Shown: positions 17,346-26,631, numbered from the stretch's first letter. The stretch is 36,576 nucleotides of DNA from an uncultured Eubacteriales bacterium (GCA_900554405.1 USHI01000001.1:1-36576), one strand, 5' to 3'. The notes: a model not told the origin generated them from the letters alone. Translations and numbers: made by a program.

Positions 17346-18026
17346 ATGTCCTTTTCTTCGGATATAAAGAAAAGCCTTTCGGCCGCGGAGATAAAAAGAG
17401 ACTGCTGCCGTGCCGCTTACGAAAGCGGTCTGGGGCTGCTGCGGTTTTCGCCGGTGTGCGAAAGGGATGCCGCGCATTATCTGCGCGGGGTGTTCGTCAG
17501 GTGCGGCTCGGTTTCCGCGCCGGGGCGCAATTTCATGCTTTCGCTTTCGCTGCCGGATGCCGCCGCGGCGGAAGCCGTCGCGGGGGCGGCGATGTCCGCG
17601 GGGCTTCCCGCAAAAAGCTCGGTGCGCCGCGGCAAGCCGGTGCTGTATTACAAGGCCGGGGAAAGCATAGAGGATTTCCTTTCCTACATCGGCGCGACAA
17701 AGGCGGCGCTCGATATAATCAGCAGCAAGGTCATGTCGGATGTGCGCAATAATACAAACCGCATCTGTAATGCCGAAACGGCGAATCTCGACCGCACCGC
17801 CATCGCTTCGGCGGAGCAGTGCGAGGCGATACGGTATATAGCAAAGCGCGGTGCGATGAACGAGCTTCCGCCCGAGCTGCGCGAATGCGCGGAGCTGCGG
17901 CTCGAAAACCCGGATATGCCGCTTTCAAAGCTTGCCGAGCTCTTCCGCGAACCGGTGAGCAAATCCGGGATCAACCATCGGCTGAAAAAGCTGACCGAAT
18001 TTGCGGAATTTCTCAAAACACGCTGA
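17346..18026 (+). CDS. whiA: DNA-binding protein WhiA, unusually short form (226 aa)
   Basis: Start at the ATG at 17346 (MSFSSDIKKSL), preceded by GGAGGT. It has the LAGLIDADG-derived block LRGVFVRCGSVSAPGRNFMLSLSL, the NRICNAETANL block and a C-terminal HTH (LSKLAELFREPVSKSGINHRLKKL). Confidence 0.8.
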   Translation: MSFSSDIKKSLSAAEIKRDCCRAAYESGLGLLRFSPVCERDAAHYLRGVFVRCGSVSAPGRNFMLSLSLPDAAAAEAVAGAAMSAGLPAKSSVRRGKPVLYYKAGESIEDFLSYIGATKAALDIISSKVMSDVRNNTNRICNAETANLDRTAIASAEQCEAIRYIAKRGAMNELPPELRECAELRLENPDMPLSKLAELFREPVSKSGINHRLKKLTEFAEFLKTR

Positions 18027-18054
18027 ATCTTCAAAGCATAAAAAGGGATCAACA

Positions 18055-21000
18055 ATGGGTTTCGTACATCTGCACCTTCACACCGAATACAGCCTGCTGG
18101 ACGGCGAATGCCGGGTGAGCGATATCCCGGATGCCGTTATAAGGGCAGGGCAGAGTGCGGTTGCGATAACCGACCACGGCGTTATGTACGGTGCGGTGGA
18201 TTTTTATAAAAGCTGCCGCGAAAAGGGCATAAAGCCGATCATCGGGTGCGAGGTATATGTCGCGCCGCGCTCCATGGAGCAAAAGGACAGGCTGCTCGAT
18301 TCGGATTATTTCCATCTGACGCTGCTCGTGCGGAACGCGGAGGGCTACCGCAACCTGAACTCCATCGTTTCCAAGGCGTTCACACAGGGCTTTTACCGCA
18401 AGCCGAGAACCGATCTCGAAACGCTGCGCCGCCATTCCGAAGGGCTTACCGCGCTTTCGGGCTGCATTTCCGGCGCCGTGCCGAAGGCGATACTTGCGCG
18501 CGATATGTCGCTCGCACGGGAGCGTGCACTTGTTTATAAAGAGATTTTCGGCAGGCATTTTTATTTCGAATTACAGCGCCACGGGATCGAAGGGCAGCGT
18601 GAAGTCAATGCCGCGCTTGTCAATTTTTCGCGCGAGCTGGGGATCCCTCTCGTCGCAACTAACGACGTCCATTACACGACACGCGCCGATGCGCCCGTTC
18701 AGAAGCTGCTTTCGGCGATCGCCACCGGCAATACGGTGGAGGATACCGGGTTCGGGATGCAGGGGAGCGAGCATTATATTAAATCCTCATCCGAAATGGA
18801 ATCGCTGTTTGCGGATATCCCGGAGGCGACGGAAAACACCGTCCGCATAGCCGACGAGTGCGATTTCGACTTCGATTTCGAAACGATGCACCTGCCCGCT
18901 TACCGCGTTCCCGCGCCGTACAATGCCGGTTCGTACCTGAAAAAGCTGTGCGCGGACGGGTTCGACACGCTTTTGCGCAGCGGAGCGATCCCGGATGAGG
19001 CGGCATACCGCGAGCGGATGGAATACGAGCTTTCGGTCATCGGCGGAATGGGTTTCAACGATTATTACCTTATTGTCTGGGATTTCGTAAATTATGCCCG
19101 TTCGCGCTCGATACCCGTCGGCCCCGGGAGAGGGAGCGGCGTGGGCAGCCTTTGCGCATATCTTCTCGGTATAACGCGGGTGGATCCGATCCGCTACGGA
19201 CTGCTTTTCGAACGGTTTCTGAACCCGGAACGGGTCAGTATGCCGGATTTCGATATAGATTTCTGCGACGAACGCCGCGGCGAGGTCATAGAATACGTCA
19301 CCGCAAAATACGGGGCTAACCATGTCGCGCAGATAATAACCTTCGGTACGCTTGCCTGCCGTCAGGCGGTGCGCGATGCCGGGCGTGCGCTCGGTATGAG
19401 CTATGCGGCGGTGGACGAGCTTGCGAAAATGATCCCGCGGTACGGCGGTGTCACGCTTGCGGAGGCGCTTGCCGCCAATCCGGAGCTGAAGAGCCGCGCC
19501 GAAAACGATCCGCAGGCAAAAAAGCTTATCGACTACGCCATGAAGCTGGAGGGGCGTCCGCGCAATTCCTCCACCCATGCGACCGGAGTCGTTATTACCG
19601 ACGAACCGCTTGTAAACTACCTTCCGCTTGCGAAGAACGACGAAACCGTCGTGACACAGTTCACGATGAACTCCGTCGCCTCGCTCGGGCTGCTGAAAAT
19701 AGATTTTCTCGGGCTGCGGTTCCTGACGATCATCCGCAATGCCGAAGCCGAAATATGCAGGAGCGTACCCGGATTTTCGGCGGAAAATATTCCGTATGAC
19801 GATGCGGCGACATATGATCTGCTTTCGCGCGGGCGCTCCGTCGGGCTGTTCCAGCTCGAAAGCGAGGGGATGCGTAATCTTCTTGTGCGATTAAAGCCGC
19901 GCGATCTGGAGGATATCATCTCCGTGATATCGCTTTACCGCCCGGGGCCGGCAATGTCGATCGACACATTCCTTAAAAACCGTGCCGACCCGGAGGGGAC
20001 GGAATACGCCGCGCCCTGCCTGCGCGGGATACTCGGAACAACCTGCGGAGTGATGCTTTATCAGGAGCAGGTCATGCAGGTCTGCCGAGTTATGGCGGGG
20101 TATACCTACGGTCACGCCGATATAGTCCGCCGCGCAATGGCAAAGAAAAAGCCGGAGGTAATGGAAAAGGAGCGCGAAAGCTTTGTTTCGGGCGCTCTGG
20201 CAAACGGAAACACGCGCGAAGTCGCCGAAAAGGTATTTGATACGATGAGCGAGTTCGCGAAATATGCCTTTAACAAGAGCCACGCCGCGGCTTATGCCGT
20301 TGTCGCATACCGCACGGCGTATCTGAAGGCGCATTACCCGCGTGAATATATGTGCGCGCTGCTCAATACCGTTATGGGCTATAACGAAAAGGTCGGGGAA
20401 TATATATCCGACTGCGCGGAAATGGGGATCCCGCTGCTTCCGCCCTGCGTGAACCGCAGCATGACCGGCTTTTCGCCGGAGGGCGAAGGGATCCGGTTCG
20501 GGCTTGCGGCGATAAAAAACGTAGGCGGGCTTTTTGCCGAAAGGATCATCGCTTCCCGCGGGGAAAAGGGCTTTTCCTCCGTGGAATCGCTTTTGGAGCG
20601 TGTCGGCGGCAGCGGCAACGCAAAGGCTTTCGAATCGCTCGCGCTGGCGGGGGCGCTCGATTGCTTCGGCATAAAGCGCAGCAGGCTTGTCGCGGGGATG
20701 CAGAAGGCGCTGGAAACCGTCACGCGGGAACGCGGGCGCAATTCCGAAGGGCAGCAGAGTCTTTTCGGCGGTGCGGGCGACGAGGCGGCATTTGTCTTCC
20801 CGGCGGCGGATATTCCGGAGCTTTCCCGCGCGGCAATGCTTTCCGGCGAAAAGGAAAGCACCGGGCTGTACTTTTCCGGTCACCCGCTGGACGGCTTTTC
20901 CGGGGCTATAAAGGAACTCGGTGCGCTGAACAGTCCGCAAATACGGCACGGGCTGGAATCCGGCGAGATCACAAAGCGGGATACGATAAAATTTGTAGGA

Positions 21001-21501
21001 CTTGTAACAAATAAGCGCACAAAAGTTACAAAGAAAAATGATATAATGGCGTTTGTGACGGCGGAGGATGACTGCGGCGAGCTCGAGATAACCGTTTTCC
21101 CGAAAACGCTTATCGCGTATGGGGCGCTGCTCGAGGAAGGAAGCGTACTTGTCTTCGAGGGCAGCCCGGAGCTGCGCGAGCAGCCGGGCGAGGCATCCGC
21201 CGAGCATATCGGAATGCTTCTGAAGAGCGTATACAAACCGACCGAGCCACCCGCCGCCGGTACAGGCAGCACGGAGGAACAGAAGAAATCGGTTTATATC
21301 AAAGTTACGGCGGAAAACGCCGCACGGCTCGACGATGCACTGGCGACCGCCGAAACGTTCGGCGGGAACGCAAGGATAATCGTTTATTTCGAGCGGGAGC
21401 ATCGGCTTTGCGCCGTGCGCGGCAAAAGCACGGATGCGGGCGAAGCATCCGTCGGTAAGTTGAAAACGATAATGGGCGAAGCCAACGTCGCCGTCAGGTG
21501 A
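18055..21501 (+). CDS. dnaE: DNA polymerase III alpha subunit (DnaE type)
   Basis: Start at MGFVHLHLHTEYSLLDG (PHP domain). The motifs PDFDIDF, FNKSHAAAYA and a C-terminal OB-fold region are present. 1148 aa. Confidence 0.95.
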   Translation: MGFVHLHLHTEYSLLDGECRVSDIPDAVIRAGQSAVAITDHGVMYGAVDFYKSCREKGIKPIIGCEVYVAPRSMEQKDRLLDSDYFHLTLLVRNAEGYRNLNSIVSKAFTQGFYRKPRTDLETLRRHSEGLTALSGCISGAVPKAILARDMSLARERALVYKEIFGRHFYFELQRHGIEGQREVNAALVNFSRELGIPLVATNDVHYTTRADAPVQKLLSAIATGNTVEDTGFGMQGSEHYIKSSSEMESLFADIPEATENTVRIADECDFDFDFETMHLPAYRVPAPYNAGSYLKKLCADGFDTLLRSGAIPDEAAYRERMEYELSVIGGMGFNDYYLIVWDFVNYARSRSIPVGPGRGSGVGSLCAYLLGITRVDPIRYGLLFERFLNPERVSMPDFDIDFCDERRGEVIEYVTAKYGANHVAQIITFGTLACRQAVRDAGRALGMSYAAVDELAKMIPRYGGVTLAEALAANPELKSRAENDPQAKKLIDYAMKLEGRPRNSSTHATGVVITDEPLVNYLPLAKNDETVVTQFTMNSVASLGLLKIDFLGLRFLTIIRNAEAEICRSVPGFSAENIPYDDAATYDLLSRGRSVGLFQLESEGMRNLLVRLKPRDLEDIISVISLYRPGPAMSIDTFLKNRADPEGTEYAAPCLRGILGTTCGVMLYQEQVMQVCRVMAGYTYGHADIVRRAMAKKKPEVMEKERESFVSGALANGNTREVAEKVFDTMSEFAKYAFNKSHAAAYAVVAYRTAYLKAHYPREYMCALLNTVMGYNEKVGEYISDCAEMGIPLLPPCVNRSMTGFSPEGEGIRFGLAAIKNVGGLFAERIIASRGEKGFSSVESLLERVGGSGNAKAFESLALAGALDCFGIKRSRLVAGMQKALETVTRERGRNSEGQQSLFGGAGDEAAFVFPAADIPELSRAAMLSGEKESTGLYFSGHPLDGFSGAIKELGALNSPQIRHGLESGEITKRDTIKFVGLVTNKRTKVTKKNDIMAFVTAEDDCGELEITVFPKTLIAYGALLEEGSVLVFEGSPELREQPGEASAEHIGMLLKSVYKPTEPPAAGTGSTEEQKKSVYIKVTAENAARLDDALATAETFGGNARIIVYFEREHRLCAVRGKSTDAGEASVGKLKTIMGEANVAVR

Positions 21502-21516
21502 CGGAAAGGAGCTTAT

Positions 21517-24276
21517 ATGGCAATGAAGGAAAAGGGCACGGGCAATACGGAAACAAAAAGTTTTGTTCCCGCCGCGCCGAAGCAGCGGAAAAGCGACGGC
21601 GGAAGGACAAAAATGTTCGATTCCGTTAAAAAGCCGCGCTCCGGCGGCGAAAAAAAGAGCACAAAGACCTCCGCAGCGGCAAAAAACACCGCAAAAGGGG
21701 TGTGGTTCGTCGTCCGAAAGGTGCTCACCTACACGCTGAATATCCTTTTTACGCTGCTTGCGATAGGGATCATCACGGGGACGGTCGTCGCGCTTACATT
21801 CATAATGTATATCAAGGACAATGTCGACCCGAACTACAAGGGGCTGGATAACCTCAAATTCGGTTCTTCGCTTTCCACGGAGCTGTATTATACCGATTCC
21901 GAAGGGAACGAGATACAGCTGGAGGAGGATACGCTCGAAAGCGGCGAAAACCGGCTTTGGGCGGAATACAAGGATATCCCGAAGCTGCTTATCGACGCAT
22001 ATATAGCCGTGGAGGATCAGCGCTTCTGGGAACACGGCGGCGTGGACTTCACCCGTACGGCTTCGGCGATATATAATTTCTTTATCCCGACAAGCTCCAG
22101 CTACGGCGGCGGTTCGACCATAACACAGCAGCTTATTAAAAACGTCAGCCAGGAAAACCAGGTCACCGTGCAGCGCAAGGTGCAGGAGATACTCCGCGCC
22201 TTCAATGTGGAAAAGAAGTATACAAAAGAGGACATACTCGAGATGTACCTCAATACAATATATCTTTCCCACCATTCCTACGGTGTCCGTGTCGCGGCAC
22301 AGACATATTTCGGCAAAGAGCTGAACGATCTTACACTTGCGGAATGCGCTTCCATTGCCGCTATCGGCAAATGGCCGGTGCATTACGATCCGATCAGCAA
22401 CCCTAAAAACAACCTCACGCGCAGAAACCTTGTGCTTAAGCTCATGCTCGAACAGGGCAAGATCAGCGAGGAGCAGTTCCTGGAAGCCTACGATGCGCCC
22501 ATAACCTTAAAGCAGGATAAGGACGACACCGAGGAGGTATACGGAACAAAGATACATTCATATTATATAGATGCCGTTATGGATGACGTTTCCGCCGACC
22601 TTATGGAAAAATACGGCTATGACAAGACCACGGCATCCAAAATGCTCTATTCCGGCGGCCTGAGGGTCGTTACCTGCCTTGATCCCACGGTGCAGGAAAG
22701 CATTGAAAAGGTTTATACCGACAGTTCCTATTGGCCGCAGTCAAACGGTATGCAGGCGCAATCGGCAATGGTCGTTATGCGGCCGTCTACCGGCGAAATT
22801 GTCGGCATTGTCGGCGGATTGGGCGAAAAGCGCGAAAGCCGCGGGCTGAACCGCGCAACGCAGAGCCGGCGCCAGTGCGGCTCCTCCATCAAGCCGGTCT
22901 CGCTTTACGCATATGCGATAGATACCGGGCTTTACAATTTCGGCACGCCGGTGGACGATATCCCGCCGATGCTGCGCAACGGAAGCTATTGGCCCCGCAA
23001 CTCGGACAGAACCTTACGCGGGCTGATGTCCTTCGATGTTGCGATACAGCTTTCGCTCAATACCGTTGCGGTGCGCACCTGCGAGCTGCTCGGGCTGAGC
23101 AATGTTTACAATAACCTTGTCCAAAGCGGGTATACGACACTTGTCGCCTCCAAAACGCTTGCGGACGGGAGCGTTGTTTCGGATATCAACTATTCGCCGC
23201 TTGCGCTCGGCGGTATGACATACGGTGTCACCGTGCGCGAGCATACGCAGGCATATGCAACGCTTGCAAACAAGGGATATCGTATCGAAGCACATACCTA
23301 CAAATACGTTCTGGACAACAAGGGCAATGTCCTTCTCGACAACCGCGATCTTCCGCTCGAAAAGCAGTACGAGGAATCCACCTGCGCGATAATGACGGAT
23401 ATGCTCGAACGCGTTGTCAACGGCCCCTACGGCACGGCGAGCGGCAGGGTGAACTTCTACCGCAAATACAACAGCAACGGCGCAACGCTGCAAACGGCGG
23501 GCAAGACCGGCACGACGACGGACAAAAAGGACGTTTATTACTGCGGATATACGCCCGATCTTATCGGCTGCACATGGTATGGCTATGACAACAACAAGGT
23601 CATCACCACCGGAGGCAACTGTGCCGCACAGCTTTGGAACAGCGTTTTCGACGAGATATATTCCGCCTGGACAAAGAACGGCACACCGTTTGAATCCCAG
23701 TTCTATTACCGCCGCAACGGCAGCACCGACGATGCCGGCGTTGTACGCAATGTCGAATACTGCACGCTTTCCGGCAAACTGGCGACAGACGCCTGCCGCA
23801 AGGATTTCAACGCCACTGTCTGCGGCGGGATGAGCTGCATTGCAAAGGGCACCTTCCGCGTGGAGGATATCCCGACGGAAACCTGCGATGTTCACATCAT
23901 GTGCAGCTGGGATACCGTCACAAAGGCGCTCTGCCTGGACGGCTGCACCTGCCCGGAGGCAAATCTGGAAGAATACGGATTCCGCAAAATGAATATCGGC
24001 GCAAGAAATCTGGAAGGCAAGGTCTATGTAAAGGATGCGCAGAGCGTTTATATAGAAGTGCCCGCGGGCTATATTTATCCCTCGGATACGAAATACCCCT
24101 TCTTCCAGAAGCTGCTTTCCAACGAATACGCGTTCGGGTATGCTTCGGATAAGCCGTACAACCGCGTTTGTACCGAACATCTCGATCCGCTCCGCCGCGA
24201 TAATTCCGGCACGCCGACAGACCCGGATGACCCCGGGCAGGATATTCCCGCGCAGGGCGGGGAGGATACCGACTGA
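21517..24276 (+). CDS. Class A penicillin-binding protein (bifunctional glycosyltransferase/transpeptidase, PBP1A family)
   Basis: Basic cytoplasmic tail plus one TM helix. GT51 motifs EDQRFWEHGGVD and RKVQE are present, with transpeptidase motifs SSIKP (SxxK), SLN and KTGTT. The C-terminal extension is Cys-rich. Confidence 0.9.
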   Translation: MAMKEKGTGNTETKSFVPAAPKQRKSDGGRTKMFDSVKKPRSGGEKKSTKTSAAAKNTAKGVWFVVRKVLTYTLNILFTLLAIGIITGTVVALTFIMYIKDNVDPNYKGLDNLKFGSSLSTELYYTDSEGNEIQLEEDTLESGENRLWAEYKDIPKLLIDAYIAVEDQRFWEHGGVDFTRTASAIYNFFIPTSSSYGGGSTITQQLIKNVSQENQVTVQRKVQEILRAFNVEKKYTKEDILEMYLNTIYLSHHSYGVRVAAQTYFGKELNDLTLAECASIAAIGKWPVHYDPISNPKNNLTRRNLVLKLMLEQGKISEEQFLEAYDAPITLKQDKDDTEEVYGTKIHSYYIDAVMDDVSADLMEKYGYDKTTASKMLYSGGLRVVTCLDPTVQESIEKVYTDSSYWPQSNGMQAQSAMVVMRPSTGEIVGIVGGLGEKRESRGLNRATQSRRQCGSSIKPVSLYAYAIDTGLYNFGTPVDDIPPMLRNGSYWPRNSDRTLRGLMSFDVAIQLSLNTVAVRTCELLGLSNVYNNLVQSGYTTLVASKTLADGSVVSDINYSPLALGGMTYGVTVREHTQAYATLANKGYRIEAHTYKYVLDNKGNVLLDNRDLPLEKQYEESTCAIMTDMLERVVNGPYGTASGRVNFYRKYNSNGATLQTAGKTGTTTDKKDVYYCGYTPDLIGCTWYGYDNNKVITTGGNCAAQLWNSVFDEIYSAWTKNGTPFESQFYYRRNGSTDDAGVVRNVEYCTLSGKLATDACRKDFNATVCGGMSCIAKGTFRVEDIPTETCDVHIMCSWDTVTKALCLDGCTCPEANLEEYGFRKMNIGARNLEGKVYVKDAQSVYIEVPAGYIYPSDTKYPFFQKLLSNEYAFGYASDKPYNRVCTEHLDPLRRDNSGTPTDPDDPGQDIPAQGGEDTD

Positions 24277-24306
24277 AACGCACGCTGTATGAGCGGAGGT
24301 GAGCCG

Positions 24307-24537
24307 ATGAAAATAACGCTTAACCCGAACAGGGAAATTGTCGATGCCGTAAAGGAAGGACTTCGGCGCACGGGCGGTTACTGCCCCTGCCGCCGCGAAC
24401 GCACACCGGAATACAAATGTATGTGCGAGGAATTCCGCCGGCAGATAGCCGATCCGGATTTCGAAGGCTTCTGCCATTGTATGCTTTATTATAAATCCAA
24501 AGAAGGAGGACCCGAAAATGAAGATAACAAACGATAA
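24307..24537 (+). CDS. Ferredoxin-thioredoxin reductase catalytic-subunit-like small protein
   Basis: 76 aa starting at the ATG at 24307 (GGAGGTG upstream). The Cys pattern CPC-x9-CMC-x16-CHC (GYCPCRRE...KCMCEEF...FCHCMLYY) resembles the FTR catalytic domain. Confidence 0.65.
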   Translation: MKITLNPNREIVDAVKEGLRRTGGYCPCRRERTPEYKCMCEEFRRQIADPDFEGFCHCMLYYKSKEGGPENEDNKR

Positions 24538-24832
24538 TTTCAAATCAGAAGTGCTCGAAAGCGATATCCCTGTCCTGCTCGATTTCTGGGCGGAATGGTG
24601 CGGCCCCTGCCGTATGCTTTCGCCGGTGGTGGAAGAGGTCGCTGCGGAACGCGAGGGTAAAATAAAGGTAGGCAAGGTCAATGTGGATGAGGAGATCCTG
24701 CTTGCGAACGAATTCGGCGTTTCGAGCATACCCACCGTCGTTATCCTGAAGGGCGGCAAAAGTGTCGCAAAGACGGTCGGCTATATGCCCAAAGCCGAAC
24801 TGGATGCTTTTATCGACGGCGCATTGAAATAG
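24518..24832 (+). CDS. trxA: Thioredoxin
   Basis: 104 aa with the active site WAEWCGPCRM. GAAGGAGGA lies before the ATG. The start overlaps the preceding gene by 20 nt. Confidence 0.92.
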   Translation: MKITNDNFKSEVLESDIPVLLDFWAEWCGPCRMLSPVVEEVAAEREGKIKVGKVNVDEEILLANEFGVSSIPTVVILKGGKSVAKTVGYMPKAELDAFIDGALK

Positions 24833-24840
24833 ACAAAGCA

Positions 24841-24872
24841 AAAGCACACCCGAACTGCGGGTGTGCTTTTTT
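24841..24872. terminator. Bidirectional intrinsic terminator between trxA and the convergent amidase gene
   Basis: AAAGCACACCCG-AACTG-CGGGTGTGCTTT followed by TTTTCC. On the other strand the hairpin is followed by TTTGCTTTG. Confidence 0.8.
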
Positions 24873-24883
24873 CCTGCGGCGGT

Positions 24884-25627
24884 TCAGTCAAACCGAATGT
24901 ATTCGCCGTAGCTGTAACCGTTTATTCCGTTGTAATTGACAAGATACCATTCGCCCTGCTGCCCGTTTACGGTAATCCTCGCGCCGTTGGGTATCTGGCC
25001 GAGTATAACGGCGCTTATATCCGGAGCTTCGCGGATATTCAGCCACCCGCCCTGGGTGACGGCGGTCGCGTTCGGAACGGCGCTCGGCTCCGCGAGTGCC
25101 AGACCGAAGTATTCCGCGACTGAAAGCGAAAGGTTCCGCGCGATCTGCGGCAGATTGCTTTTGATCCATTCGGCATCGCTTGCGTTGTCGTGATATGCAA
25201 GCTCGACAAGCACTGCGGGCGCGCGGGAATTGTTCAGCTCATAAAGCCGTGTCGTGGCGACGGCGCGCACCTTTTCCGGCTGCGGGTAAATGGTTTTCAG
25301 ATTTCTTACGATGATTTCCGCCGCGCGCAGACCGTTTGCGCTCGTGGGGTAATAGTAAACGTCGCTTCCTGTCTGACCGCCGTAATTCGCGCTGCCGGAG
25401 GCATTGGAATGGATGGCAAGATGCAGCGAATAGTTGCCCGCGTTGGAAAGCCGCACCGAATCGCCGACAGTCCCCGCCGGGTTGTTTCTTCCGTAGGTGA
25501 TGCCGCTTGCGCTCAGATAGGGCTCCATCATGTCGGCAATCAGGTTCATGTAGTATTCTTCGCTGCCCGAACCGTCGTAATACATATTGTATTCCTGGGT
25601 GGACGGGCTCAAAAAAAGCATTGGCAT
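24884..25627 (-). CDS. N-acetylmuramoyl-L-alanine amidase (Amidase_3-like) with a C-terminal SH3b-like domain and no signal peptide
   Basis: Motifs FLSPSTQEYN, LAIHSNA and VLVELAYHDN are present. The C-terminal stretch GWLNIREAPD...GEWYLVNYNGINGYSYGEYI is SH3b-like. AAAGGAG lies before the ATG. Confidence 0.75.
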   Translation of the reverse strand: MPMLFLSPSTQEYNMYYDGSGSEEYYMNLIADMMEPYLSASGITYGRNNPAGTVGDSVRLSNAGNYSLHLAIHSNASGSANYGGQTGSDVYYYPTSANGLRAAEIIVRNLKTIYPQPEKVRAVATTRLYELNNSRAPAVLVELAYHDNASDAEWIKSNLPQIARNLSLSVAEYFGLALAEPSAVPNATAVTQGGWLNIREAPDISAVILGQIPNGARITVNGQQGEWYLVNYNGINGYSYGEYIRFD

Positions 25628-25689
25628 AGGTGTAAACTCCTTTCATTCGGAAGTATATTCGGTTTTGCGGAAAAAGTGCAAAAAAGCTA

Positions 25690-25718
25690 TTGACAATGCC
25701 GCACGGATGTGGTAAAAT
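25690..25718 (+). promoter_or_regulatory. Sigma-A promoter of the infC-rpmI-rplT operon
   Basis: TTGACA (25690-25695), a 17-nt spacer, then TAAAAT (25713-25718). Confidence 0.6.
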
Positions 25719-25719
25719 C

Positions 25720-25866
25720 ACCGTTGCACAAAGAAGAAGGGCAAATGCTCTCACCCTCACGGCTTGGACGTGCGCGGTCAATATCTGTTTCACCCACGCG
25801 GGCGTATGCCTTCAGGGGGCGGTTTTGGCTGTGCAAAGCGGTGTGTGCGCTTTGCATTTTCTTTTT
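25720..25866 (+). promoter_or_regulatory. infC operon leader with terminator/attenuator (probable L20-responsive leader)
   Basis: About 170 nt of untranslated leader ends in the hairpin TGCAAAGCG-N7-CGCTTTGCA (25832-25856) plus TTTTCTTTTT, directly before the infC RBS. Firmicutes regulate this operon through an L20-binding attenuator. The class assignment rests on position only. Confidence 0.45.
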
Positions 25867-25893
25867 GTAAATTATTTTTGGAGGTGTCCTCTC

Positions 25894-26415
25894 ATCGCCG
25901 CTAAATCTTCTTCCCTCATAAACGAAGAAATAAGAGCAAACGAGGTTCGCGTTATCGGCGCGGACGGTACCCAGCTCGGCGTTATGAAGCTTGCCGAAGC
26001 GTTCCGCCTCGCAAACGAAGCCGAACTTGATCTTGTCCAGATCGCACCGGATTCGGTTCCGCCTGTCTGCAAGATAATGGATTACGGCAAATTCCGCTTC
26101 GAAAAGGAAAAGCGCGAAAAAGAACAGCGCAAGAAGCGTCAGGTCATCGAACTGAAAGAAATTCAGCTCAAATGCCGCATCGACACGCACGATTTCAACA
26201 CAAAGCTCAATCACGCGCTGAGGTTCCTTTATCAGGGCAATAAAGTGAAGGTCATCGTTAAATTCTTCGGCAGGGAAATGGCGCATACCGAACTCGGCGC
26301 CCAGCTTCTCGACCGCTTTGCCGCAGGCTGCGGCGAAGCAGCTTCCATTGAAAAGCCCGCTGTGCTCGACGGAAGAAATATGACGATGATACTCGCACCG
26401 AAAAAGACAAAATAA
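25894..26415 (+). CDS. infC: Translation initiation factor IF-3, probable non-canonical ATC start
   Basis: GGAGGTG (25880-25886) lies 7 nt before the ATC at 25894. There is no in-frame ATG, GTG or TTG between the RBS and the conserved INEEIRANEVRVIG block. The 173-aa product matches normal IF-3 length. Confidence 0.85.
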   Translation: MAAKSSSLINEEIRANEVRVIGADGTQLGVMKLAEAFRLANEAELDLVQIAPDSVPPVCKIMDYGKFRFEKEKREKEQRKKRQVIELKEIQLKCRIDTHDFNTKLNHALRFLYQGNKVKVIVKFFGREMAHTELGAQLLDRFAAGCGEAASIEKPAVLDGRNMTMILAPKKTK

Positions 26416-26433
26416 CCGAAAGGACCAATAATC

Positions 26434-26631
26434 ATGGGAAAAATCAAGACGCACAAGGCTTCCGCAAAGCGCTTTTCGTTCACCGGAACGGGCAAGGTCA
26501 AAATGGGCCATCCCGGCCGTCGTCACAAGACCGGTCTTAAAAACACCAAGCGCATGAGATCTCTTCGCAAGGCTGCATATGTCAGCAACGCACGCATGGA
26601 CGATCTGAAGAGACTCCTTCCTTATCAATAA
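26434..26631 (+). CDS. rpmI: 50S ribosomal protein L35
   Basis: 65 aa reading MGKIKTHKASAKRFSFTG.GKVK... Confidence 0.95.
   Translation: MGKIKTHKASAKRFSFTGTGKVKMGHPGRRHKTGLKNTKRMRSLRKAAYVSNARMDDLKRLLPYQ

Noticed and set aside
19891-22383. 830-aa minus-strand ORF spanning the dnaE/PBP junction
   Set aside because: It is antisense to two well-supported genes and its Arg/Ala/Phe-rich composition is typical of GC-rich shadow frames. The same reasoning applies to 23014..24759, 9638..11215, 27550..29106, 31413..33077, 33219..34922, 4000..5313, 2693..3724 and 8613..9539.
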